Below, one piece after another: positions 7,944-17,384 of a stretch of 64,000 nt of DNA (its first letter is position 1; the number at the start of each line of letters is the position of its first letter). The stretch is from IMG/VR virus record IMGVR_UViG_3300028738_000014; one strand, given 5' to 3'. Both the position numbers and the translations under genes were made by a program. The notes under the pieces were generated by a model that was not told the DNA's origin, did no database searches, and saw nothing but the letters and a program-made list of their open reading frames with translations. The stretch is from a virus.

Positions 7944-9593
7944 ATGAGAATAATAGCTGCTAAAGGAGAATTTAAATTGCCAACGGGCTTTGATGCGGAG
8001 ATGACACGAAATAATGTGTTGTTGACGGATACGGGCGATATGACGGCACCGATCACGCTACCGGGACTTCCGGAAAATTTGGCACTGGTGAAACATAGCA
8101 ATCGGGCAGATGCGTATTATAAACCGTTGACTGACCTGGACGTGATGGTGAATGATGGACTTATGAACCGGAGTTGTAACCTGGGTATTCATTCGGCGGA
8201 TGAAGAGGATGGGATATCGGCAACCATATACCTGGCAACGGGTGACTTTTATAGCCGAATTGGGAATACACGGTTGAACTGGTTGGGATGGCCAGTGTAT
8301 CATCACCAGGAATGGAGCCTGCAGAATATGCATGTTCAGTATTTGATTGATATGCTGAAACTGGAATACGATACTCCAACGGATGCAGCAATATTTTCTG
8401 TTCGACCGGTTGCCACTACTCAGGACACTACCTGGATCATGCCGGTTACCGGTGAGGAAATTCCGGGACTGTTTATATTGAATGGATTTGAAAAAGTGCA
8501 ACATGTACTTGATTTCAGTATTGACGGTACTGAATATTTAAATAGGTTCCAGGGTGAATTTACTCAACAAATTAAAGGAACTGATTCGGTGAATGCTATC
8601 GCGATCGGGTATGGAATGACTCCTTTTTTGAAACTCAGGTTTATGATGGACTTTATATTTGGAAAGTTTGGATATACAACTGATATGAGTTTTGTTACAT
8701 CCATTATTCCTGATTATTCAAACAGAATTGTATGCCTGAATAATGTAGCAGATGCTATCTATAGCGGTTCGTTGGATTTTAAACAGTTGGTACCCGACGT
8801 GACTATCAAGGAATTTATAACTCAGATAGAAAAGTTTCTGGGCGGTAAATTCGTGATTAATGAAGTTACCAAAATTGCTACATTTTATCGGTTTGAAAAA
8901 CAGCTTACCGAAGTGCCCGAGATAGACCTGACCAAGTACTTATCTTCTAAACCAAAATTAGGGAGTACGGAATTTACCACCATAAAGATTAATGATAGTG
9001 CTGACAGTTCTACCACTTCCAGCGATACTCAGGAAAGCGCTACAACCATTGATTTTGATTTTGTAAAAGAAGTATTGATTAAGGATTGGTACCTAAATAC
9101 GGACAATGAACGGGTTGATTGCGTGATTGGAATGGTGACTGTTGACGGGGTTATTAATGTGAAAAGTCAGATTGTGGTACCCGACAAAACGATAACTACC
9201 GAAAAACCTGCGACCTCAAGTTTGATACAATTAATGAATGTTGCAAACGGATGGGAGACTAAAGGTGTAGGTGATGCTCAAAATCATATCTGGTACATGA
9301 ATTTTAAACGGAGTTTCAGACTATTTACCGGAATGGGAGTATCGACCAAGGAAACTGTTGACAGTTTTTATATGGCATATAAGGATTTTAGAAAAAACAG
9401 CAATATCCCTCAAACGGCAGAAATGAATATTCCGACACCTGTATTGGATAATTTGATTCTTCCCGCTCCTGTGTTGTTGAACAATCAACCGGTAATGATT
9501 GAGAGTATAAAGTATTCAATGGGAAAGAGGGATAAACAAACGGTTGGTGTGAGGACGTTGAGACCTTTTTTTGAAAGAACCCCTAACCCCTAA
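7944..9593 (+). CDS. baseplate/tail structural protein (549 aa)
   Basis: Large ORF in tail region; C-terminal TPNP plus stop supplied by the linker. Confidence 0.5.
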   Translation: MRIIAAKGEFKLPTGFDAEMTRNNVLLTDTGDMTAPITLPGLPENLALVKHSNRADAYYKPLTDLDVMVNDGLMNRSCNLGIHSADEEDGISATIYLATGDFYSRIGNTRLNWLGWPVYHHQEWSLQNMHVQYLIDMLKLEYDTPTDAAIFSVRPVATTQDTTWIMPVTGEEIPGLFILNGFEKVQHVLDFSIDGTEYLNRFQGEFTQQIKGTDSVNAIAIGYGMTPFLKLRFMMDFIFGKFGYTTDMSFVTSIIPDYSNRIVCLNNVADAIYSGSLDFKQLVPDVTIKEFITQIEKFLGGKFVINEVTKIATFYRFEKQLTEVPEIDLTKYLSSKPKLGSTEFTTIKINDSADSSTTSSDTQESATTIDFDFVKEVLIKDWYLNTDNERVDCVIGMVTVDGVINVKSQIVVPDKTITTEKPATSSLIQLMNVANGWETKGVGDAQNHIWYMNFKRSFRLFTGMGVSTKETVDSFYMAYKDFRKNSNIPQTAEMNIPTPVLDNLILPAPVLLNNQPVMIESIKYSMGKRDKQTVGVRTLRPFFERTPNP

Positions 9594-9615
9594 AGGGGGA
9601 TAAGACCAAGTATAG
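9576..9615 (+). repeat. GC-hairpin linker copy 5
   Basis: GAACCCCTAACCCCTAAAGGGGGATAAGACCAAGTATAG. Confidence 0.7.
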
Positions 9616-9619
9616 TTTT

Positions 9620-9656
9620 TGTCCTTTACATTGAAATTAAGAATTTATATTTTTAC
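9620..9656 (+). promoter_or_regulatory. degenerate copy C of TGTCCTTTA box
   Basis: TGTCCTTTACATTGAAATTAAGAATTTATATTTTTA upstream of 9660 gene. Confidence 0.35.
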
Positions 9657-9659
9657 ATC

Positions 9660-9887
9660 ATGATTTTAAAGCAGCAACATAATACACCGGTGACGGCTCC
9701 GCAATTTGATAATATGACGGGGGCGTTGTTGAAGTATCGCAATTTCCGGGATGATCAGATTATCGGAATGGCTGATTTTTTGAAATTTGTAACAATGCCG
9801 AGTTCTGATAGGGATGAGTTTCTGAATTTATTTGTGGGAGAAGTGGTAGTGAGAAATAATATGTATGTGAAGGTGGTTTATAGATAA
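9660..9887 (+). CDS. hypothetical small protein
   Basis: ORF between two hairpin linkers; degenerate promoter box upstream. Confidence 0.45.
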   Translation: MILKQQHNTPVTAPQFDNMTGALLKYRNFRDDQIIGMADFLKFVTMPSSDRDEFLNLFVGEVVVRNNMYVKVVYR

Positions 9888-9890
9888 AGA

Positions 9891-9932
9891 AAGAACCCCA
9901 AGCCCCTAAAGGGGATGTGAAGACGCAGTATC
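9891..9932 (+). repeat. GC-hairpin linker copy 6
   Basis: GAACCCCAAGCCCCTAAAGGGGATGTGAAGACGCAGTATC. Confidence 0.7.
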
Positions 9933-9977
9933 TGATTTTTTGGATAAATAGTAAATAATTAAATAGTAAATATCTTA

Positions 9978-11495
9978 ATGGGATCGAACGATACATTGAA
10001 TTACCTGGCGGGAAATCCGATACTGATAAATATATTTACCGGGGTGAATGCTTCGGGTAGATATCGTATTTATTCGGGTATCAATTATACTGATTTGATC
10101 TATGATGGATGTGTATTTTCGATATCCGGAACGGCAACGATCGATGTATCAGAATTATTTAAATCTATGCAAATGAATGCCGGGGTAACGATTGGTAAGA
10201 TGGTGACTGTGGATGGAAATGGTGTGGAATATGTGGATACCAATAACAACGGGAATAGTACGAAACTGTTTAAATTTAAAGTTTTTGGAGGAGGTATCAG
10301 TAAGGCGTTACAACGTAAACTAACAGCATTGAATACGGATATTTTTGCATACAAATTGAAAGTAAGTAATAAGAACTTCTTTTTGACAACTCGTACCAAT
10401 GGACCAGTGATATCCATTCCGGAAGATGAATTATTACCACTTTATTATTATGCTCCTACCGGAAAGTTTTATGTAACCGCGGATGGGATCACACTCGAGA
10501 CTCATGATTTCACTGTATTGCCTCACTTGATTGGTGAAGATCTACAAGGGGGTAAGATAACCTATATTTATGGAATTGATAAATTTATTGTTGCTTATAA
10601 ACTGCCTGATTCAACCTGGGATGCTGCTATTGCTGCCTGTGATGCATTGAGTAACGCAGGATATAATGACTGGAGACTTCCAACGCTGGACGAGTTGGAA
10701 TTATTTGTTCTAAATGCGTTTAATGTAGGATTAGCATATGGACTTGATATGTGGAGCTCGACAGTAATGCCAGGAGATGCAACCCACGCCAGAACAGTTC
10801 GGTTCAGTCAGGGTGGAAATACCGGTAACCCCTTAAAGTCAGAAATCAATACAGTTTGGGCTATAAGGGATGTAGAAATTCGAGATTCGGCTGAGAGTTT
10901 GCAGAGTATTGATTTTGCAGCATTGCGATCGGAACTGGTAACTTCAGACAATAAACTGGTGAGTGTATTTGATATTACGACCGATACAAGTTATTCCTGT
11001 TCGGTTATGATTATTGAAAGTCAGAAGCGGACGGAGTACTTTGTAAAATTCCGGAACTCCTGGGGAAGTTGGGAGAAAATTGCCCTTCAGGGAGATGTCA
11101 GTTTTACCCCGGCATTTAGTGAAGTTACTCAGGTAGCAGAATGGGACACGGTGGTGAATGATTTTGTAACGAAGAATAAAAGGAAGGAAGTACTGAATTC
11201 ATTTAATGCAGGTGTGGGGTATCGATCGGAAGCGGAACGGCTATTCGTGATTGATATGATGATAAGCGAAACAGTAATATTGATTGCTAACGGACTTGAA
11301 TATCCGGTGAATGTGAGCGGTGAACTTCCGACCCTGGTAAGTACTACAGGAGTTCCGACGGATGTGACCTTGAAAATTGATTTTGTGGATAAGGAAACGA
11401 ATTTTAGTGACCTTACGATAGAGAGTGAATATGAAGTATTGGCGACAATGACTTTGGAAGATATAACGAGTGGTGAAGCGGATATAATAGTATAA
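9978..11495 (+). CDS. tail fibre protein with Lcl C-terminal (DUF1566)-like domain
   Basis: GYNDWRLPTLDELELFV motif typical of DUF1566. Confidence 0.55.
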   Translation: MGSNDTLNYLAGNPILINIFTGVNASGRYRIYSGINYTDLIYDGCVFSISGTATIDVSELFKSMQMNAGVTIGKMVTVDGNGVEYVDTNNNGNSTKLFKFKVFGGGISKALQRKLTALNTDIFAYKLKVSNKNFFLTTRTNGPVISIPEDELLPLYYYAPTGKFYVTADGITLETHDFTVLPHLIGEDLQGGKITYIYGIDKFIVAYKLPDSTWDAAIAACDALSNAGYNDWRLPTLDELELFVLNAFNVGLAYGLDMWSSTVMPGDATHARTVRFSQGGNTGNPLKSEINTVWAIRDVEIRDSAESLQSIDFAALRSELVTSDNKLVSVFDITTDTSYSCSVMIIESQKRTEYFVKFRNSWGSWEKIALQGDVSFTPAFSEVTQVAEWDTVVNDFVTKNKRKEVLNSFNAGVGYRSEAERLFVIDMMISETVILIANGLEYPVNVSGELPTLVSTTGVPTDVTLKIDFVDKETNFSDLTIESEYEVLATMTLEDITSGEADIIV

Positions 11496-11534
11496 AGAAC
11501 CCCTAACCCCTAAAGGGGGATAATATAAGATAAT
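11496..11534 (+). repeat. GC-hairpin linker copy 7
   Basis: GAACCCCTAACCCCTAAAGGGGGATAATATAAGATAAT. Confidence 0.7.
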
Positions 11535-13715
11535 ATGGAAGGCGATAAAAAAAGATTTTCGGAGGATTTTGAGCATTGGATACAAACTATTGCTAACGGT
11601 ACCAGGTTGATGATTGAAGATCCAGTCAGCGGCGTGGAATATTGGGTAACTCGTGAACAAATCTTATCTGGAATCAATCAACAACTGATTGACACGACTC
11701 AGGATATCACCGATCTTGAAACCAAAATCACTCAGGAAACTACCGCCCGCGAACAGGATGATGAAACACTTTCTGAAAGGATCACTATTAATTCACAAAA
11801 TATTGTAACTGAAGGAAATTCAAGATTACAAGCAGATGCCTTACTAACTACTCAAATAGCTAATAAAGTAACCCGTCAGCCTCTTATTTCCATTACCGGA
11901 ACTATACAAGCCACAGCAGGCGATCAAATGGCCTATGATCCTTCAATAAAAAAAATATGGCTTTCAAACGATAGTCTAATGTGGAGGGGAACAATTAATC
12001 CTTCAAATGGAATAATCTATACCTTTAACGGGACTAACTACGTTTGGGACGGAACGGCGTTAATAGAAATAGGTACAGGCGGTGGAGGAACAGGAATAAA
12101 AACCATTGCAGCCGACTACCTGACTTTTTTTGATACCTTTTTGAATTCCGGATTTTACGAAAATACTGGAAATTTAGGAGGAACTTACACGGGATTATTC
12201 ACATCGCCTTTTTTAAAACAGAGGATAGATGCAATCGACAAGATTTATATACGAACGATTGATGTAAGTGTACCAGGCGCACCTAAACCTAATTTTACAA
12301 TATATGGATCTACCACTCCCGCTCCTGTAGTTGTAGAGGCATCGGAACTAAAATTGATTTTAGGACATTTATCCTATACGATTAAAGCCGATGACCCGGA
12401 CAATTGGAAAATCAGCGCCGATACTGATGGTGGCAGTATAATCTTTCCGTCATTAGGAGGAATAACGAAATCAATGACGTTCATTGTTCCAGCAACCTCG
12501 TATCCTATACTTTTTAACGGTGTATCCATTGCAGCCGGGAATACAGTCTTTGCGATTTATACGCTGAACGCGTGGACAATAGATTCAACTATTGTAGAAA
12601 TACCTATTATTCCAAATTATTCGGACATATCAGTTCAAAAAAAAATAGATATCGATGCATACTTATCATATAGAGCAGATGGTACGTTTATGTGTCTCGT
12701 TCCATCAGTGGTGGCTAGCGCACAGAATGATAAGATATTTCTTTCTGCACAAGATAATAAGTTACAAATTGGTATTTATCAGGTAGTTCTTAAACGAAGC
12801 AACTACGTCATTTTAAAATTAATCGTAAGCGGATCTTCTTTAAATACTATTCGTGTTGCAGGGAGTGGAACATGGGAGAATAAATATGACGGTTTTGATT
12901 TGGCGACAATAGCGTTTGAGAAGATAGGATCGGTTAATATACCCGATAATTTGATAACGTACAACCCTATTCATTATGTGGTTGGTCAGATTGTTGACGG
13001 CGTTAAAAAAGTAGCATATGTTTTCAAAGATGGAGATGTAGGGTATGATGTAAATATTCAAAAAGGATTCATGATGCATACCCCTGCTAGTATGCTTACA
13101 CGTACGTGGCAGGACGCAATGAATCTGACTTTCGCAGATAAAAGTTGGAGACTACCCACTCAAACAGAGTTGCTTTTAATTTATGAAAACAAGGTTGCAG
13201 TAGGTGAATTTGACGCTGCACCTTATTGGACTTCGACACAAGACAGTGGAAGTACTGCTATATGTATTAATATGGGTACGGGAGCGGTTGAGTCGCATCT
13301 GCAAGGTTCAGCGTATCAAAGCCGGAATGTATTCTTTTTTGAAAATTATGTGGGTGGAGTCAAAGAGGGTGAAATTGCCACTTATTCAGACGAAACAGGC
13401 GAAAGTATTAAGGGATCAGGGGTAAAATTGAGCGATTTGGTTACAAAGAATAGTTTGAAGATAGGAATTTCAAAGAATGGTGCAAACGGACTTGTTAACC
13501 CTCAACTTATTCCCGCAGAAATTTATGAACGAAAAGTTTCTACAATTAATTTAGCTTCTAATTGTTCTGATTTTTCTATAACAATCGGAGGTACTGCATA
13601 CGGCAAATCATCACTATTAAATATTATAGTTCCAATCGATACAGAGATAATAATTAACGACATAACTCCTAAGGCTGGATTAAACAACGCTAACGCAATA
13701 ATCATATTATCATGA
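11535..13715 (+). CDS. tail fibre protein with coiled-coil N-terminus and DUF1566-like domain
   Basis: DKSWRLPTQTELLLIY motif; N-terminal heptad-rich segment. Confidence 0.55.
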   Translation: MEGDKKRFSEDFEHWIQTIANGTRLMIEDPVSGVEYWVTREQILSGINQQLIDTTQDITDLETKITQETTAREQDDETLSERITINSQNIVTEGNSRLQADALLTTQIANKVTRQPLISITGTIQATAGDQMAYDPSIKKIWLSNDSLMWRGTINPSNGIIYTFNGTNYVWDGTALIEIGTGGGGTGIKTIAADYLTFFDTFLNSGFYENTGNLGGTYTGLFTSPFLKQRIDAIDKIYIRTIDVSVPGAPKPNFTIYGSTTPAPVVVEASELKLILGHLSYTIKADDPDNWKISADTDGGSIIFPSLGGITKSMTFIVPATSYPILFNGVSIAAGNTVFAIYTLNAWTIDSTIVEIPIIPNYSDISVQKKIDIDAYLSYRADGTFMCLVPSVVASAQNDKIFLSAQDNKLQIGIYQVVLKRSNYVILKLIVSGSSLNTIRVAGSGTWENKYDGFDLATIAFEKIGSVNIPDNLITYNPIHYVVGQIVDGVKKVAYVFKDGDVGYDVNIQKGFMMHTPASMLTRTWQDAMNLTFADKSWRLPTQTELLLIYENKVAVGEFDAAPYWTSTQDSGSTAICINMGTGAVESHLQGSAYQSRNVFFFENYVGGVKEGEIATYSDETGESIKGSGVKLSDLVTKNSLKIGISKNGANGLVNPQLIPAEIYERKVSTINLASNCSDFSITIGGTAYGKSSLLNIIVPIDTEIIINDITPKAGLNNANAIIILS

Positions 13716-13975
13716 ATATAACAAATACAATACAATTTAATGAAAGTAAAATGCTTTCTGAACAATCACAGGAATTTCAAACATGGTATAACAAGAATGT
13801 AAATGTGTTGATCAATGATAAACTTATACCTGATTCACTGGATCGTTTTAAACGACCATTTTCATATACGGTAAAAGTTGAATCATTTACTATTGTGATT
13901 TGCCCTCAATATATTTATTGCGATCAATCCAATTGGGCTTGTTCTGACTTTTTTATAACGATTAAAACTGTTTAA
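13712..13975 (+). CDS. hypothetical small protein
   Basis: ORF with 4-nt overlap. Confidence 0.4.
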   Translation: MNITNTIQFNESKMLSEQSQEFQTWYNKNVNVLINDKLIPDSLDRFKRPFSYTVKVESFTIVICPQYIYCDQSNWACSDFFITIKTV

Positions 13976-13977
13976 AG

Positions 13978-15711
13978 ATGGCAAATTTATTTAAGACAAG
14001 ATTTGTACCCAATCCCGATGGTACTGATTCAGCTAGAGCTATAACAAATGCTAATACAGTTTTTGTGCATACGTATGTGGGAGATGATTTTTCAGGTGAT
14101 GGAACTCGTGAATATCCATTTAAAAGTATGTTTAAAGCTGTTCAAAAAAGTGGTATTAGTAATATCGTTTTTAGAGGAGTTATAAATGAATATTTTAGTA
14201 TATCTAGTGTAAGATTAATAGGAGATGATATAAATCAACGGTTTTTATTCCTTAATTATAATCCTAGTCTTTATTTATATGAAGTTTCTGATGCGGGATG
14301 TTATAATATGACTGTTGACAGTGTTAATGGTACTGCTAATAGTAGATGTTGGTATCGATCTATAATACAAAAATATAATATTGGTGCTTTAGATAGATTT
14401 GATTATTTATTGGTTAAAGATATAATTCATGGTTCTTCTGATGATGGTAGAAGAGATCATTATCTTCACCAATCAACGTTTTTTGGTAATGAAATAACTA
14501 CTTGTACCGTAAGGAATAGTATACAAATAGTTGAATTTAATTATATGAACTCAAATTTTGGGTATAATCTTTATACTATCTTCCCATCAACATGTATTTT
14601 TAAATACTTCTCAACTCCTATTATTCAACCCATTTGGACTAATGACTCAAAAGCTAATATACAATTATTAAGGGATGCTTATGTAGTTGCAGGAATGCCT
14701 ATTGATGATTCTACATCATTATTTGTAAAAGACTCTTTTGGAAATGAAACATGTCGAGTTATTAAAGAACAAAAAAACGGAGGAACATCTGCAAATATAT
14801 TTAACGCTTATAATGAAGATGGTACAGTTCAAGACTATTCTTTAAATCCTGCTTCAAATAATGAAGCACTTTATGCTTCCGACTTAGGAGGCTACGTAGG
14901 CTGTTTTAAACCTGCTGCAAAAATAGATTTAATTAATGATTTAAGCGAAGCGATTAATGTAAATGCAGATGGTACAGATTCTTCAGAGCAAGGGCTTCTA
15001 TTAATGCGTAAAATGATTAGTGGAGTTAAGTCTATTGAATTTGACACTACGTCTAATCAAATATGGAATCGTTGTACTTCTAATACCGTTAATATTCCTA
15101 ACGGAGTTAAGTATAACGGAAGTAACATAATGTCGGATGATGGATCAGCTTTTGGATATTATTTTGGGAAACATCAAAATCTAATGAATCCACTTTCTTT
15201 ACTTCCTACAGACATTTTAGAGCCTAATACGATTTACAAAGTTTGTAATTTGAATCGAGATATTTATTCGGCTGTAGTTTTTAATGGTACTCAATATCTA
15301 CCTGATTATTTTTTTAAGACAGGTTCGGATGTTCTTAATTTTACATTACTCAATGGAGATTCAGGAACTAATGTAAAAAAAGTTTTAGCAACCCCACTTG
15401 AAAGTATAGAAATTCTTCCATTTGATAATATGGATACACCATCAATTGATTTTCCAAGGTACAGTGCACCGCTTTTTGGAAATGTTCAAATGTTATACCA
15501 TAAGATAGGAGTTAATATTGATAAACCAGTTCTATTTAGTGAGGTAACAAATGACAAGATTTCTTATTATGATAATTGGGCTGTAACTAATGCAGATCAG
15601 GAATTTGTAACCCTTGCTAATGATACTGCGAATTACTATTATAAGATTCCTGTACTTAAATTTATGCGTGTCGAATTGAATGCTCATTTTAATGCGGATT
15701 ACGATCAATAA
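13978..15711 (+). CDS. tail spike-like protein (possible beta-helix/depolymerase)
   Basis: N-terminus DGTDSARAIT...VFVHTYVGDDFSGDGTREYPFKSMFKAV resembles pectate-lyase-fold tailspike openings. Confidence 0.4.
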   Translation: MANLFKTRFVPNPDGTDSARAITNANTVFVHTYVGDDFSGDGTREYPFKSMFKAVQKSGISNIVFRGVINEYFSISSVRLIGDDINQRFLFLNYNPSLYLYEVSDAGCYNMTVDSVNGTANSRCWYRSIIQKYNIGALDRFDYLLVKDIIHGSSDDGRRDHYLHQSTFFGNEITTCTVRNSIQIVEFNYMNSNFGYNLYTIFPSTCIFKYFSTPIIQPIWTNDSKANIQLLRDAYVVAGMPIDDSTSLFVKDSFGNETCRVIKEQKNGGTSANIFNAYNEDGTVQDYSLNPASNNEALYASDLGGYVGCFKPAAKIDLINDLSEAINVNADGTDSSEQGLLLMRKMISGVKSIEFDTTSNQIWNRCTSNTVNIPNGVKYNGSNIMSDDGSAFGYYFGKHQNLMNPLSLLPTDILEPNTIYKVCNLNRDIYSAVVFNGTQYLPDYFFKTGSDVLNFTLLNGDSGTNVKKVLATPLESIEILPFDNMDTPSIDFPRYSAPLFGNVQMLYHKIGVNIDKPVLFSEVTNDKISYYDNWAVTNADQEFVTLANDTANYYYKIPVLKFMRVELNAHFNADYDQ

Positions 15712-15713
15712 TT

Positions 15714-15920
15714 ATGATACGAATAAACTCAATAGGAATTGCTTTAGACACTGGAATTATACCTCCCGTAAGTCGTGTAAGGAGTAAAATTTACTCTATA
15801 GGACTGAACTTGGAATATGGAGTGATACCTCCTAAAAATTATTATAGAACTAAAATTTCAAGTATAGGAATCAGTTTAGAATCAGTTGAGGATAGTGAAT
15901 TTAATTATCAAATAATGTAA
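15714..15920 (+). CDS. small protein with three tandem SIG-x-L-x-GIIPP repeats
   Basis: Internal repeats IGIALDTGIIPP / IGLNLEYGVIPP / IGISLES. Confidence 0.4.
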   Translation: MIRINSIGIALDTGIIPPVSRVRSKIYSIGLNLEYGVIPPKNYYRTKISSIGISLESVEDSEFNYQIM

Positions 15921-15929
15921 AATAAAACC

Positions 15930-16121
15930 ATGATACAATTTATAAAAAATGTATTCTCTGCAGAAAGCCCGACATCTTCAAAAAGATTTTTTGGTTCAAT
16001 AGGGTTTATTTGTGCGATTGTATTTATTGCTATCTGGGCACATAATTTAATTGATGAATTGCTTTACGTTTCAGCGGGTTTGATAGGATTAGGTATTTTA
16101 GACCGATGGATTAAAAAATAG
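15930..16121 (+). CDS. holin-like small membrane protein
   Basis: 63 aa, two hydrophobic segments, directly upstream of lysozyme gene. Confidence 0.45.
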   Translation: MIQFIKNVFSAESPTSSKRFFGSIGFICAIVFIAIWAHNLIDELLYVSAGLIGLGILDRWIKK

Positions 16122-16157
16122 AATTAAACTACCTCGAGAGAGGATAAATGAATTATT

Positions 16158-16628
16158 ATGTTAGAAGCATTTTACAATTACATGAAGCCATTCATTCTGT
16201 TTGCAATAACAGGAGTAATAGGGGCATTCAGCCCACTACGGGATACAATAATTGTCTTAAACATTGCTTTTGCTACTAACATAGCAATGGGAGTAATAGC
16301 AGATTTTCATGTAAACAAAGCAAAATTCAACATGAAAAAATTCTGGGAAGCATTCTTACACATCACACTTTTTATCCTGTTTATTTTTATTGTAAATGAA
16401 ACGACAACCCGAATGGGTGACCTTGCATCCGGTAGGTTGTGTGTAAAATGGACTACTTACATTGTCGTAACCGGTTATCTTATTAATATATTGCGAAATG
16501 CTCATGATACTTGGCCGAATAACGCTACAATTTCATTTTTATACATGATTGTTAGCACGGAGGTAGTGACTAAGATTAAAGATATGATAGGAATAAAAAA
16601 AGAGACTGTTACACCATTTGATAAATAA
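16158..16628 (+). CDS. multi-pass membrane protein (holin/antiholin candidate)
   Basis: About four hydrophobic segments. Confidence 0.4.
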   Translation: MLEAFYNYMKPFILFAITGVIGAFSPLRDTIIVLNIAFATNIAMGVIADFHVNKAKFNMKKFWEAFLHITLFILFIFIVNETTTRMGDLASGRLCVKWTTYIVVTGYLINILRNAHDTWPNNATISFLYMIVSTEVVTKIKDMIGIKKETVTPFDK

Positions 16629-16646
16629 AATTTGATAAATAAAATT

Positions 16647-17060
16647 ATGGCAGACTATAGAAAAGCAATTGCAAAAGTACTTCTTATCGAGGGCGGGTAC
16701 GTCAATGATAAGGACGATAACGGAGGTGAAACTTACAAAGGTATTGCACGTAAATTTTGGCCTAAATGGTCAGGATGGGTAATTATAGATATCTGTAAAA
16801 AAGATTCAAAGAATTTTCCAAAAAACTTGAAATTAAATCCAACTTTGAATGAACTGATCATTGGTTTTTACAAACTCAATTTTTGGGATAAAATAGGCGG
16901 TGATGGCATAAAGTCCGAATCTATTGCTTCGATCTTAGTTGATACTGCAGTTCTCGAGGGTATTAAACCGGGAGTAAGGAAAGCACAGGAAATCGTAGGG
17001 TTAGCTCAAAATGGAATTGTAGATATTAATTTAGTAACCAAATTAAATTTATTAGCATGA
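16647..17060 (+). CDS. GH108-family lysozyme (endolysin)
   Basis: LLIEGGYVNDKDDNGGETYKGI matches the GH108 EGGY...D.GG.T..GI signature; track start 16632 is TTG, ATG at 16647 used. Confidence 0.65.
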   Translation: MADYRKAIAKVLLIEGGYVNDKDDNGGETYKGIARKFWPKWSGWVIIDICKKDSKNFPKNLKLNPTLNELIIGFYKLNFWDKIGGDGIKSESIASILVDTAVLEGIKPGVRKAQEIVGLAQNGIVDINLVTKLNLLA

Positions 17061-17332
17061 AAAAAATACTCTTATTACTGGTTTTTATACCGGTATTTTG
17101 TTTTTCGCAAATGGATGTCACTAAACAAGTAAATGAAAGCGTTCTTAGGCTTAAAGTACTTGTACTTCAGGATTCAATTGCAAGGCTAAATAACAGACCT
17201 GTTATGACAGAAAAACAATTTATAATTCTTTACAAGTACAGCCGACTTTTAAAGTACTATAAAATCTGCAAAAATAAACCCTCTCAGTGGAAATATTACA
17301 AAGGTTGGTCAACAAGAGTCTTTGAAAACTAA
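17057..17332 (+). CDS. signal-anchored periplasmic protein (i-spanin-like?)
   Basis: N-terminal hydrophobic segment then predicted helical region. Confidence 0.35.
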   Translation: MKKILLLLVFIPVFCFSQMDVTKQVNESVLRLKVLVLQDSIARLNNRPVMTEKQFIILYKYSRLLKYYKICKNKPSQWKYYKGWSTRVFEN

Positions 17333-17384
17333 ACACAATTTAATTCAAATATTATATACAATTTCATCTATAAATTATATAATT

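Noticed and set aside
2868-11534. Could the repeated GC hairpins be a CRISPR array?
   Set aside because: The repeats are imperfect and about 40 nt long. They are separated by whole genes (0.3-2.2 kb) rather than 30-40 nt spacers, and one copy is inverted. No cas genes are present.
13204-13425. Same-strand alternative-frame ORFs (13204..13425, 54146..54430, 48300..48518, 26596..27010)
   Set aside because: They are embedded in, or overlap, much longer coherent ORFs, with no independent start context.
9978-15711. Diversity-generating retroelement targeting the tail fibres
   Set aside because: No reverse-transcriptase ORF (no YxDD motif) anywhere in the window, and no template-repeat or variable-repeat pair seen.
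16632-16646. TTG-initiated extensions of track ORFs (16632, 17322, 45841)
   Set aside because: An ATG lies a few codons downstream in each case (16647, 17385, 45862) and gives the expected N-terminus (lysozyme MADYRK, lipoprotein MKKLIY, terminase small subunit MENTEV).
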